From the NCBI RefSeq assembly GCF_001194135.2, contig NC_068993.1, forward strand, positions 43,598,113 through 43,662,112: a DNA stretch of 64,000 nucleotides, written 5' to 3'. The notes under the pieces were generated by a model that saw nothing but the letters and a program-made list of their open reading frames with translations, searched no databases and was not told the DNA's origin. This DNA comes from Octopus bimaculoides. Its lineage: Eukaryota. The position numbers were made by a program, and so were the translations under genes. Position 1 is the stretch's first letter; each line of letters starts with the position of its first letter. Shown here piece after piece: positions 1 to 12,880 of the stretch.

Positions 1-48
1 CAATCGGAACCTCTGCAATTGCTGTTTATGCCTCAGATGCAGATACGG
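1..48 (+). CDS. FAT4: Fat4 window-exon 1 (partial; cadherin repeat ...IGTSAIAVYASDADT-G)
   Basis: Frame from base 3 encodes the cadherin A-x-D-x-D motif; donor G|GTAAGT at 49; phase 1 matches the acceptor at 12881. Confidence 0.9.
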
Positions 49-792
49 GTAAGTGTAGTTCCTTTATTCTTTATGTGTTCCAGCCCAAGGCTGTGGCGTT
101 GCTATAGTTCTGTTTTTGCCTTTTTAGATGTGAAGTATTACAAGAGAGTATTTTGCCTTTAGTGATCGTATCCAGACTGTTTCAGCTAATGTATGTCTTC
201 AAACAGCTTGGGGTGTCAATGGGGAGGAATGTATTTTGTTTGGGTTAGATTTCGGTTAATGAAATTTCATTGAAGTGGTTAGCATTAGGCAGGAAGCCAT
301 GGCAAAGCAGACATTGGAGCTTGGTGCAGCTCTTTGGCTCACTGGTTCTTGTCAAACTGTCCAACTCGTGCCAACATGAAAAAAATGGATGTTAAATGAT
401 AACAACGACAACGATGATTATTGTCCATTATGCTATGTCATTGTAAATAGTTTCAATGATGGATGGTGTCCTCTGATCAGAGATAGTATTCATGCGCTAA
501 GTTGGGCCACAGTTGATGAACACAACTAGGTCTGTGAAGCAAAGAGATACTCAGTAATTTTACTGAGGTTAAAGTTTAGAATATGAAGTAACAACAGACA
601 ATTTTTCAAGTCAATGTGTCGCCAGATCTTTTCCATTACATGTAAAAATTTGAATAAATTATTTCCTCTTAATGTTTTTTTTTTCCATTATGTCTGCACA
701 TATAAATAAGTTATTATGCAATTTTCTATGCTTTTTATTTGCTTAAGACATTACTTCAGAATTAATGATTTTTTTTATTATTATTATTATTA

Positions 793-824
<32 letters not shown>

Positions 825-3015
825 GTTGTTGTTTTATTTTTATATTTTCTTAAATCTGATTTTTGTCTGCTTAATGGAATTTTGCTGCTGATTTCTGACT
901 GCAAATATCTATAAATTATAAATATGTATAATCAATTAGCACAGAGGTAACTAATCATATGGTTCTCCTTTAAATAAATATTTGTGCAGACTGTGAGAAA
1001 ACTGTTGCTGAGTAGCATTGACAAATGTCTTAGAGTCAAAATTTCCTAACTGTTGCAAGTTTTCTATATTTTTCATGAAGTTTGGGCAAACTTTCAGTGC
1101 AGAATTCTTTACCATTTAGTTACTATTCCATTTTTAGTTCATGAAATTAAGTTGTATTTTTTTTTCTTCCCTTTTGATACCAACACAGGTGAGACTAGCT
1201 CTGGTTCTATGAAACAAAACTCTAGTTTTAAAGTATTCATATTTAAATTAAAAACTTCCATAATAATTTTGTTAGGTCATAATGTTATGCTCCAAATACC
1301 AGCTGAAATCATGGAATGAAATAGCTGGTTGTTTTATCAAATTCCTCTAAATTCTTAATTATTTTTCTCAGTTAATTGAAAAAGACAATATATATTACTA
1401 AAAATATGGTTATGAAAGGGTTAACCCTCTCAGACCTGGGCCCTTGTGTCTTATTTTGCCCTCCACCTGGGGTGATAAGGAAAAAAATAAGTAGTTGCTT
1501 ATACAGCTGAAGAGTAATGATTGCAGGCAAACTAATGGGCAGAATCCAAAAAAAATTCATGAGAATAACAATAAGCATATCCCACTCAACTACTGTATTT
1601 GTTAGGTAAACTAATAGACGGAATCTCAAAAAAATTCAGGAGAATAACAAAATGATCCTACTTGAAATATGCCTATCTCACTCAAATACTGTATTTGTTC
1701 ACTCGAATCATTACTTTCTTTATTACTTTCACCAGTTTGATTGTCTGAATCACTCTCATTGCCAGTGTAAGTGTAAACTTTTCATCTGAAGAATAAATAT
1801 CATCAATAATTTCCTCAACTGTAACAAATCTAGGCTTTGCTCAATTTACAAGAAGTGCTGGGTTCATCACATGCTCATTTCATTGGGAAATTGTTTTTTA
1901 TTTTTTGTTTTGTTTTGTTGCGATTAAAAACAAAAGTAAACAGCAGCTATGAAGGACACCATTAACAATAGGACCTAAATACATTTGACTACAAAGCTGT
2001 AATATGACCAGTTGTCTAATTTTTATATTTCATCTTCTTTTTCTGCATATATTGTTCATTACTGCTTTAGCAAGGAATCTGGCAGAGATGACATTTAACC
2101 GATTCCCACTTTAGCAGGAACATAGTCAACTTAGCATATTATTCTTATTACATGAGAACTACCTCCAATCAAAAGAGACTGCTCAAAGTGCTGTCCTTGA
2201 GAAAGTCTTACTTCATTCTTAATTCTGTTGTAAGATATCATAAAAAATCAGTTCAAATCTTGCTGTAGCCATTCTTTGCCCCTAATGAAGGAATATTGAT
2301 TTCAAACTTTGGTGCAAAGCCACAACTATCTGGAGGATGAAACAGCCAATTCAATCAACTCTAGGAATCATGCAGTGCTTATTTTACACACCCTAGAGGA
2401 ATAAAAAAAATAGCTAACTTCAGTAGGATTCCAACTCGGAGTGTAAGTATCACAATGCATTTGATCTGATGCTGTTAATTTTACCAATCCTACCTCGACC
2501 ATTTTATAACCATATTTCTAACAAAATATACTGCATTTGAATTGTGAAAAATAATCAAGAATTTTGAGGAATTTGGTTAACTAATTAACTTTTCCATTCC
2601 ATGATTCAGCTGCTGTTTGGAATGTAAGTTAACAAAATGATCCTACTTAAAATTGTTATGGAAATTTTTAATTTGAATACGAATATTTTTATAACAAAAA
2701 AATTTTGTAACTAGAGCTGGTCTCAGGTGTTTTGGTATCACAAGGGTTAAAAAAGTAAAAAAAAAAAGAGAGAGAGAGAAATATTTATTAGCTGAGCTGA
2801 AAATAAGTGCAATTCCGTTTTCATTGTTGAATGGTTAATGATGGGGGCAGGGTGAGGAAAGTACATTAATCTATAACTGTATTTGCACCAAACTATTTAT
2901 TGCTAAAATAGCTAAATGTTCTCTGAACCAGTCTTGCCATGCCAGCAGAGGGAAAAAATATGTCATTTACCAAATTATAGCTTTATTGTTCATTAGATAT
3001 TATTGTTATTATTAA

Positions 3016-3230
3016 GGCAGTGAGCTGGCAGAATCGTTAGCGTGTTGAATGAAATGCTTAGCTGTGTTTCTTTCAGCTTTTTACATTCTGAGTTCAAATT
3101 CTGTCAAGGTCGACTTTGCCTTTCATTGTTTCAGGGTTGATAAAATAAGTACTAATTGAGCCCTGGAATTGATGTAATCATCTAACTCCTTGCCCCAAAA
3201 TTTGAGTCTTTGTGCTTATAGCAAAAAAGG
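3016..3230 (+). mobile_element. ATT-tailed SINE (same family as 8301-9474)
   Basis: Full head-to-tail match, flanked by (ATT)n. Confidence 0.85.
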
Positions 3231-3274
<44 letters not shown>

Positions 3275-3289
3275 ATGCTCTATTAGTTA

Positions 3290-3800
3290 GAAGGAATGTG
3301 AGGTTTGGTGACAACAAATCTCTTCAAAACTCATGAATCTTTCTTAGGATCCTTACAAAATACAGGATTGCACTTTTCCTGCAGATTTACAATGCAAGTT
3401 TCTATCCCAATATTTTTCTGCCTCTTTGGTAGCAGTTTGAGAGTTGTGCCAAATGCACCAGTTACCAAAGTAATAATTATTGTCTTAGTCTTCAATAAAC
3501 TCTGCATCTCTCCAGCTTGGTCAATTTCTTTGGTATCCACTCTATCATTTTATAGTATTGCAAAGTCTATGACCTTAAACTGTTTCTTTTGGTATCTAGT
3601 ATCCTTGCTTAAATAGTATATCCTCTATGTGTTCCAGCCCAAAGGCTGTGGCCATCCTTGGACACCATCATATGATCAGTCTTAATGGAAAACCCCACAA
3701 AATCCTGTAATTCTTATTTTCCATCACAGCCTCTGGTTCATATTCATACCACTTTCCTATCATTTTGAATCCAGTCACTCAGCTAACATCTCAATGCACT
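3290..3800 (-). mobile_element. Degenerate 3' fragment of an R4/Dong-like non-LTR retrotransposon (RLE endonuclease region)
   Basis: Minus strand reads KWYEYEPEAVMENKNYRILW, then VIDFAI, then KTKTIIITLVTGAFG...IGIET, which are RLE-region motifs; it lies next to an (ATT)n tract at 3231-3273. Confidence 0.7.
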
Positions 3801-3853
3801 CTTTTACCTACACAGTCATGCCTGTACTTACACTCTCATTATTATTATTATCA

Positions 3854-3885
<32 letters not shown>

Positions 3886-4291
3886 GTTTGATGTATGTTT
3901 ACTCTATTCTCAACTAATATCTCTTTACAGTTTGAAATGCTTCTTTAAGTTGTACTTTTCAAAAATATCTTAATTTGCAAAACCAAAACATTATCTGTGT
4001 CTTCATTTAGAATATAAAACCAGTTTGCTAAATAGTTATTTAGAAATGTCTTTTAAAAACAGTTCTAATGTAAAAAGTTTATTGATTTTTCTCAAACGTA
4101 CTAAGTAGCTATGAATATTTTTTTAATGGAAATATTTTTGTTTTTAGTCTTTTTTCTTTTTTGTCTTCCTGCAATATGGCACTGGATATAGCTGTTAAAT
4201 ACATAGCCTCCAGGAATGCAGTAGAAAAAAAAATTGGTAGCTTCCGTCTTTTACAAGGGTTCCAATAGTTCTAATCACTTGTGCCACCTAA

Positions 4292-4514
4292 CCCTTTTGT
4301 TACCATTTTTCTGTTGAGAAATACTGCCTTTGTTTCAATAATTTTTGAAAGTATTGATGAATTCAGTAAAATGATTTTGTCCTTACTAAGCTGGTAATGT
4401 GAGGTATAAATTAACATGAAATTCTGATGGAAGATGTTAATTTAGATCACTCTAAAACAGGAAGTTTTATCATAGAGCTAGGGGCTGGTCTCAGGCAAAT
4501 TGGTATCAAAAAGG
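4292..4514 (+). mobile_element. piggyBac-type MITE (TTAA-CCCTT...AAGG-TTAA)
   Basis: CCCTTTTG left end, ATCAAAAAGG right end and TTAA at 4515-4518; same family as 4817-5199 and 37151-37371. Confidence 0.75.
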
Positions 4515-4665
4515 TTAAACTGCCAAAACATAATTACTTGACTCTAAAACTGCCAAACCATCAGATGCTCCTTTAAAAAATTTTTAACTTATTTTTTTGT
4601 ATTATTACTCTTTCCAATACACTTCATTGAAAAATAACAAACATAAAAATCTGGATTTCTTTTAA

Positions 4666-5199
4666 CCCATTATACCATATTACAATTCTGCAACTCTATG
4701 ATAATGGCAATTTAGAGTTACATCAAGTTTTTGGTTGTGACCAAATTTTTAATTCTTCAGAAGCTTCAGGATTTCAACCCCAGATATATTGTTTAAAAAT
4801 ACAATTCAGTTTTTAACACTTTTGTTATATTTCTGTCAAAACACTCTGCCTTTATTTCAATGAATTTAGTAAAAATAACTTTGTCATTGTTAAGCTAGCA
4901 TTTGGAACATAAATTAACATGAAGTTTTGATGGAAGGTTTTAATTTAAAATAATTTAAATCACTTTGAAACAAGGAGTTGGTGTCAGAACCAGAAGCAGT
5001 CTCAAAAAGGTTAACCCTCTTCATTACCATATTTCTGTTGAAATACACTGCCTTTATTTCAATGAATATTTAAAATAATGAAGAATTTAATAAAATAACT
5101 TTGTCATGAAGCTAGTATTTGGAACATAAATTAACATGAAATTTTAAAGGAAAGTTATGATTTAGATCACTTTAAAACAGGATGTTGGCATCAAAAGGG
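4666..5199 (+). mobile_element. Chain of piggyBac-type MITEs sharing TTAA sites
   Basis: TTAA at 4662, 4813, 5011 and 5200; junction AAAAAGG-TTAA-CCCTC at 5004-5019. Confidence 0.75.
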
Positions 5200-5999
5200 T
5201 TAATTCTGTTCACATACCAGTGAATTAGCTTTTTGTTTTTTTTACACTCACATATGTGCACATTTGGCTGTGTTGTTTAGCAATTTGCTTCCCAGCCACA
5301 TGACTTCAGGTTCAGTCTTACATGGCAAGTGTTTTCTTCTATAGCTCCATACTGACCAAAGCCTAGTGAATGGATTTGGTAGACAGAAACTGAAAGAATC
5401 CCATCCAGTGGGTGTTTGTGTTTCCTTGCCTTGACTTCTCGTCATAGTTCTAAACAAGCATTACCATCATACAATCAACATCATCATCATACTTCTGTTT
5501 TCTGTGCTGGCATGGGTTGGATGGTTTGACAGGAACTGACCAGCTGAAGGGCTGTTCAAGCTCCATGTCTGTTTTGACATGGTTTCAATGGCTGGATATC
5601 CTTCCTAATGCCAACCACTTTTCAGAGTGTACTGGGTGTTTTTACACAACACTGGCACAGCTGCTTTTTACATGACACCACCAGCACTTACATGCCCACA
5701 AGATTAGGAATGCTCAGCTGAAGAGGGTTGCAAGGGACGAGCCTGTATACAAGGGCAACCACTCTTTTATTTAGCTTTTACAATATCATTCAATATTTGT
5801 AAGCAAGGTAATATTTCTCCATGGCCAGACATTTTTATGTGATCTCTTCTGGGAAAACATATATGGCCATGTGGGAGTATTAGCCTTGCTTGGAAATAAG
5901 TGAGGGCTGGTAACTGGAAGAACACCCTGACTATAAAAAAATCAGCCCCAACAAAATCTATCTGTCCCTTACAAGCATAGAAAAGTGGACATTTAATAT

Positions 6000-6120
6000 G
6001 ATGATGATTGGACGACAACAACAACTTCAATGATGACAGTGATGAAGATGAAGATGATGATGAAAACAATGACGATGGTGAAGACAATGGCTATGATGAT
6101 GATGACAACGATGGCAGCAT
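6000..6120. repeat. Degenerate (GAT/GAC)n trinucleotide tract
   Basis: Seen directly; it produces the low-complexity ORFs on the minus strand. Confidence 0.85.
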
Positions 6121-7378
6121 ACAATATGCAACTTGATATCTTAAGTCTGTTTATGACATTTAATCTCTTTTCCAGGTTCTGCTTTTGCTTATAGAGCAGC
6201 AGTGTCTGGGTGATTAAATTATGAGAAATTGGAGTGTCATGGCCCCAAGCTAGTTCAGAGTAGAATTGAAACAAACAGATGTTATATTCTTTGTTAGATT
6301 GTTGCAAAAGAAGTTTGTTGAAAAGTACATAAGAAAAATATAAATAACCTTTACTTTTGTGTTTGTTGATAGCTTTTGACAAGGTGCCATAAAGTATTTT
6401 GTGTAAATTAAGGTTTAACAAAACTGTTGTTTGAGGTTGATAAAAGCAGTATCATGTGGCTTTTTCATTTGTTTGTTTGTTTGTTTTTTTTGTTTTTTGT
6501 TTTTTGTCCTTGTCTTTGAAACCATCATATAGAATTTTAATATCAAATGTCTAGAGTTTCTATGTATGTCGTTGATTTCAACATCAACATCCTCATTGTT
6601 TTATTGTCCACTTTTCCATGCTTGCATAGGTCATGCAAAATTTGTTGGAGCAGATTTTCCTATGGCTAGACGTGTTTTCACAAAAGATTGCAAACAAATG
6701 ACATTACTTGTATGACAGTGATGTTTGTTCACTATGAATATGTAATATGAAGACTAGGAGACATGAACATACTTTCATTGCATGAGTGGGACTACAGTAT
6801 ATACGTGTATGCTATAGTCCCACCCATTTGAAGAGATTCATGATTTTGTAAGCCACACGGCAACCTCATTAATGTTGGTGCCACAAAAAAAAATCACCCA
6901 GTACACTCTGAAAAGTGGCTGGCCTTAGGAAGTGCATCCAGCTGTAGAAACAATGTGAAAGCAGACATCGGAGTATGATGCAGTCCTCTGACCTGTCAGA
7001 GTCTGTCAAACTGTCCAACTCATGCCAATATGGAAGATTGATGATGTTAAAAGACGCTACTGCTTTTCTGCTGATCATACACACATACTAGTAGGAAAGA
7101 ATGAATTCAGTGCACAGCAATTTTACTTTTCGAGTTTTGGCTCTTATTGTTTATCACATTAAACTTCCATGTATTAAACTTCCATGTGGTCACTCATGGT
7201 TCTATGCAGCAGTCTGATGAGGGCTACATGACATAGTATAAAGAGCACATCAATAATGAAAAAAAAGAACATGGGTTTGTACTTGGTAGATCTTTATTTC
7301 ACCTGTTATATAAGTTTCAGTATTACTAAACACAGAAACTGATTAAATAAAGGACTATCAAGTTCAGGCCTTTGTTCT

Positions 7379-7380
7379 TT

Positions 7381-7420
<40 letters not shown>

Positions 7421-7425
7421 GTATG

Positions 7426-7467
<42 letters not shown>
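7379..7467. repeat. Compound (CT)n(AT)n(AC)n microsatellite ending at an assembly gap
   Basis: Seen directly. Confidence 0.95.
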
Positions 7468-7702
7468 NNNNNNNNNNNNNNNNNNNNNNNNNNNNNNNNN
7501 NNNNNNNNNNNNNNNNNNNNNNNNNNNNNNNNNNNNNNNNNNNNNNNNNNNNNNNNNNNNNNNNNNNNNNNNNNNNNNNNNNNNNNNNNNNNNNNNNNNN
7601 NNNNNNNNNNNNNNNNNNNNNNNNNNNNNNNNNNNNNNNNNNNNNNNNNNNNNNNNNNNNNNNNNNNNNNNNNNNNNNNNNNNNNNNNNNNNNNNNNNNN
7701 NN
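7468..7702. other. Assembly gap (other gaps: 34160-34185, 45981-45990, about 52280-52575, 58830-58839)
   Basis: N runs, mostly abutting microsatellites. The exon chain closes without needing sequence from any gap. Confidence 0.99.
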
Positions 7703-8300
7703 CACCTTAATATTTCCGAAACTACCATCTTCCAAAAGCAGGAAACGCCAATATTATATTACATAATATTTTGTAATTGGTACACAAGTAGCTTATAAGG
7801 ATTCAGTATTTTTTTAGGTGTCATAGTTTTCATATTGCAAACATTATGAACAGCAAATTGCTGAGAAAATTTCTGATAACCTTCCTTCCTTCCTTCCTCT
7901 CCTCTATTTCATTGGTCAGTAGCCACCTTGTTGCTTAAATCAGCCAGCATCTTCAGTATATACTTCACCTTCAAAAAATTCATTCTCGATGCACACTGAT
8001 AAAACAATAATTACAAAACAAACAGAATTGTTTTTAGCCGATTGCCTATTCATATTTTGATATACAGTAGTTTGCAAGATGATATGTCGTTTACAGACAA
8101 TCTAATAGCTCATACAAAAAGAGAATCAATTCTTTTTTTCTTTTTGTTATTGTTTTTTTCTTCTACTAAAAGAATAATTTGAAAAGAAGTTTTGACAAAT
8201 ATTATCTAATGGTATATTACGTCTGGAAGGTCATTACTATGTCTTGTAACCCTTCTTTTTATATTGAAAGAAATATTGTAAGTATGATTATCATTATTAA

Positions 8301-8511
8301 GGCAGCGAGCTGGCAGAATCGTTAGCACACTGGACAAAATGCTTGGCGGTATTTTGCCCATTGCTACATTCTGAGTTCAAATTGTGCCAAGATCAGCTTT
8401 GCTTTTCATCCTTTCGGGGTCACTAAATTAAGTACCAACTGCATACTGAGATCAATTTAATCAACTGGCTCCCACCCCAAAATTTCAGGCCTTGTGCTTA
8501 TAGTAGAAAGG

Positions 8512-8568
<57 letters not shown>

Positions 8569-9474
8569 AAGGTGGCAAGCTGGCAGAATCGTTAGCACAC
8601 TGGACAAAATGCTGAGGTCAAAATTCTGCCGAGGTCAACTTTGTCTTTCATCCTTTCGGGGTTGATAAATTAAGTACCAGTTGCATACTGGAGTCAGTGT
8701 AATTGACTAGTCCCCTCCCCACAAATTTGAGGCCTTGTGCCTCCAGTAGAAAGGATTGTTATTATTATTGTGATGATGATGATCATTATTATCATCATTA
8801 AGGTGGCATGCTAGAAGAATCATTAGCACTCTGAACAACATGCTAAGTAGCATTTCTTTTGGTTCTTTACATTCCGAGTTCAAATGCCACTGAGGTTAAC
8901 TTTGCTTTTCATTATTTCGGGGTTGATAAAATAAGTGCCAATTGAACACTGAGGTCAGTGTAATCGACTCATCCCCTCCCTGAAATTGCTGACCTTGTGT
9001 CAAAATCTGAAATTATTATTCATTGCAGAATCATTGGCACACCAGGCAAAATGCTTAGCACCATTTTGTCCATCTTTATGAAATTCCACTGAGGTCAACT
9101 TTGCTTTCCATCCTTTTGGAGTTGATGAAATAAGTATCAGTTAAGCATTGGGAGCAGTGTAATCAACTCACCTCTTCCCCTAAAATTGCAGGCTTTGTGC
9201 CTATACTAGAAAGGATTATTATTATCATTATTATTAATATTATTATTATTATTATTATACAAGGTGGTGAGCTGGCAGAATCGTTAGCACGCCAGGCGAA
9301 ATGCTTTGCGGTGTTTCGTCTGCCTTCGTGTTCTGAGTTCAAATTCCACCGAGGTTGACTTTGCCTTTCATCCTTTCAGGGTCAACAAATTGAGTACCTG
9401 TGAAACACTGGGGTTGATATAATTGACTAGTCTCCTCCCCCAAAAATTCAGGCCTTGTGCCTTTAGTAGAAAAG
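8301..9474 (+). mobile_element. Head-to-tail array of five copies of an approximately 210-bp tRNA-like SINE with (ATT)n tails
   Basis: Repeated head GGC/GGTGGCGAGCTGGCAGAATCGTTAGC, B-box-like GAGTTCAAAT and tail AGAAAGGATT(ATT)n; copies start at about 8301, 8571, 8802, 9024 and 9263. Confidence 0.88.
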
Positions 9475-9498
9475 ATTGTTATTATTATTATTATTATT

Positions 9499-9780
9499 GT
9501 TCAGTAATTTTATTTTTATAACGTGCTTTCACTTCACTACCGAGCGCAGCTCTGTGCGCCTTGGGTATGTGCTGTGGTTTGCTGTGGTGCTCTTATGTTT
9601 ACTGTATTGAAAGTGTTTTGCGTAGAATGTGTGCAGTACCCAGTAGTGCAATTTTCTGTATGTTATATATATTTGTAAGTCCTGGTGTTTTTGTTATGTA
9701 TTTGTCTGAATATTTTTTTTATTATACCTAAGGCACCTACTATGATAGGAATTGTTTCTGTTTTTAGATTCCACATTCGA
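9499..9780 (-). mobile_element. 5'-truncated 3' end of an R4/Dong-like LINE flanked on both sides by (ATT)n
   Basis: Encodes TETIPIIVGALGIIKKYSDKY...ILRKTLSIQ-type tail plus 3' UTR; about 6 mismatches to the copy at 15122. Confidence 0.85.
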
Positions 9781-11161
9781 TATTATTATTATTATTATTG
9801 CCTTAGATGCAGGCATAGTTGTGAGGTTAACAAGTATCCTTCCAAGCCACATGATTTCGGGTTCAGTCCCACTATGTGTTACCTCATAAGTATTTTCTAC
9901 CATAGCCCTGAGTTTACCAAAGCTTTGTGAGTGGATTTGCTAAATGGAAACTGAAAGAAGCCCATTGTATGTATGTGTGTGTGTGTGTTTGTTTGTATAT
10001 GTGTGTGAGTGGATGTGTGTTTCTTTGTCTTGGCATTGTACAATTATTAAATAGTCATTCATTTCCAGCATTCTACAAAAACAAAATAATGATGATTATT
10101 ATTATTGTTATTGCTGTTATTATTTGTTTGTGTCAGACAACATCTGGCTGTCTAGCATTATTCCTCACTGGGTATTATAACATCTGCAATAATAGAGACC
10201 AATTTGAAGATAGATGTGTTTTTCAACAGCTTTTGTTGTGGCCATGACGAGCAATTATCTGTTGTTGACTTACAAAAGGCAACTAAGTGTTTACTTCTGT
10301 TTTTATTTTGTAAAATTATACAAACAACTATGACAGTTTCCCATAAAGTAAAATGACGTTCTGATTCTATAATAATTTGAAAGCGTGTCATTTACCGGAT
10401 TAAAAATTTCATAAATTTTAAGAGAGAGTTGCAGTGCTTCTTTCACTGCAAATAAGAAAACGGAAAGTTTCGTTGATAACAAAAACTGCTAATTCTATAT
10501 TTACTGATAAACTAATTTTCTTTGCACTAAAGCATTGCAAAGAAATAATTCCTTCAAATTTTAATACTAACATCGCTTCAAAGATAGCGCAGCATCTGGT
10601 GATGATATTAAATTGTGTGGAAGTCACTTTGTTACATGTAGAACCATTTCTGCGGATGTGGTCGAGTGCAAGATCAATATTACATTCTCAATACAATCGC
10701 GATGATTTCGTTCAATACAAATGTTTTGAGTTCTGGCAATTGTATGCCAACATCTGATATTAATATTGCTTCTTCTTCTCTTCTTTCTTTTTTTCTTTTT
10801 TTTTTTGTTTGTTTGTCACAAATTTAAGAATTTCAATCAGAATGAGTAATTTCAATTTGTCAGAAGAAAATACCAACTCTCTCCTTTCTCCCCTCCCTCT
10901 CTTTCTTTCTCTCACTATTCCCCTCCTCTCTCTCAAGATAAATGTGTTTCATGATTCTTGCATTTCCATTCTTTTGCATCTTCTTGAGTTAGTCTCCAGC
11001 TACAGTAAAAAGACACTTGCTCAAGATGCCACACAGTGGGACTGAATTCAATACCACCTGGTTCACAATAGGAATAAAAACACCTCTATGCTAGAAATGG
11101 CAGCTAAATTTCCCTCCAATTACACTCTAGAAGAATAAACACATTGAAAAGGTAGTTTAAG

Positions 11162-11372
11162 TCATCATCATCATCATCATCATCGTTTAACGTCCGCTTC
11201 CCATGCTAGCATGGGTTGGACGATTTGACTGAGGACTGGTGAAACCAGATGGCTACACCAGGCTCCAATCTAATTTGGCAGAGTTTCTACAGCTGGATGC
11301 CCTTCCTAACGCCAACCACTCAGAGAGTGTAGTGGGTGCTTTTACGTGTCACCTGCACGAAGGCCAGTCAGT
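11162..11372 (-). mobile_element. (GAT)n-tailed short retroposon, probably RTE-dependent (Ceph-SINE-like)
   Basis: Core GAGTGGTTGGCGTTAGGAAGGGCATCCAGCTGTAGAAA and tail GGACGTTAAACGATGATG on the minus strand. Related copies at about 280-420, 5480-5690, 6850-7055 and 23847-24040. The family name is inferred. Confidence 0.7.
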
Positions 11373-12307
11373 CTTAAATATTCTTGAAAACAATTGTGAT
11401 GGTCAAGATTGGAACAAGACACTTCAGTTCACGTTGTTCCAGTCTACTTAGATGAAACATGAGTACCAGCTTAGTATTGGTGGAGTCATCTCCCCTTTGC
11501 AGTTGTCATATCATAGATGATGCACTGATGCACTTACTCAAGGATGGCATAAATGAGGAGGAGGTGGTGATGGTGGTGGTGGCAGCAGTGGCGGTGGTGC
11601 CAGCCACCATTGTTATCATCCGTGTCTTCTTGCAACTACACAGGCACCTAAAACAATTATCATAACCATGTTTCAAGCTACCAGGTCATATTCACTTGTG
11701 AGTATTGGCTATACCTGCCCGCAATCAACAAAACACTGTAATCTTATTTCCTGTTCAGACTGTCTAGAATTAACTTTTATATGAATGTTGAATTTTCAAT
11801 GTGGAAGCAAATTTTAGTCTTATTAATAAAATATGTATGTACAAGCCATTTTCACATTGGTGCAGGTATGGCTGTGTGGGTAAGATGTTCGCTTCCTATT
11901 CGCATGGTTTCAGGTTCAATCCCACTGAATGGCACCTTGGGCAAGTGTCTTCTACTGAGTTCAAATCCCACCATGGCCTACTTGGTTGGTAGACTTATTC
12001 CATCCATTACCTGATTTAACATCACCAACACCAGGTAGTTTAAGCAATTTTAGAGGAGTATTTTGGCATTACTGATTGAATGTTGACTTATTTGACATCT
12101 AATGTTTTAATGTTGCTCTCTTCCTCCCTCTCTTCCCCCGGTCTCCACCCCCACATCACCATATTTCTGCACATGCATGCATGTGTGTAGGTTTGTTTGC
12201 CTCCAGTACTAAAATGTATTGTCCCCAAAACAGGCTGAATGTCCAGTCAAACTGCCAGCTTCTGAACAACTGCACCCAATCAGCTCATTCCAACTTAAGA
12301 GAGAGGC

Positions 12308-12340
<33 letters not shown>

Positions 12341-12598
12341 GTTGCAAGCATTCAAACCTGGTTTCCAGTTTGAGAATAACTTCCTTCTTCCCTCCTTCCT
12401 GTCAGTCTTGGAGACCCTCTGAAGTGTTGTGGGCACTGCATTCTTTCCTGATTAAAAAAGAAAAAAGTACTAGGTCCATTAAACATTCTGTCAAATGTAA
12501 TATTTATTCACATTGTTTTGAACTAATCATATAGCTTTGAGATTTTGACTACATGATTGTTTATTTTTAAAATGACATTGTAAGGAAGATGTGGGAGG

Positions 12599-12712
12599 CT
12601 GGATTTGGCCAGATTGAACATATAAACAGGTAGAATATTTTGACTGGATGTGGCCAGTTTGAATATATAAAACAGGTAGACTATTTTGACTGGATGTAGC
12701 CAGTTTAAATGT
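12599..12712 (+). repeat. 45-46 bp minisatellite, about 2.5 copies
   Basis: CTGGAT(G/T)TGGCCAG...ACAGGTAGA..ATTTTGA units start at 12599, 12644 and 12690. Confidence 0.85.
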
Positions 12713-12880
12713 TAAAGGTTTTAATATAATTTTTCTCATTGCATAGATTATGAAAATGTTGATGTCTGTTTTGGTGGGGTTACCAATTGAGTCATGTGAC
12801 TTCAATTAAAACTATGTATTATTCGTTTTTGGTAAATTTGAATTAACGATTACCATTTCTTTTATTCTTCTCTATTTTAG

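Noticed and set aside
5767-6421. Ser-rich and Ile-rich minus-strand ORFs
   Set aside because: They are translations of a degenerate (GAT)n tract and SINE sequence, with no splice or domain support.
7364-7766. ORFs spanning X runs (also 33907-34259 and 52162-52715)
   Set aside because: Artefacts of N gaps and dinucleotide repeats.
10571-10702. THAP-like LCGSHF word
   Set aside because: An in-frame stop lies just upstream, and the N-terminal C2 and W/P residues of a THAP domain are missing.
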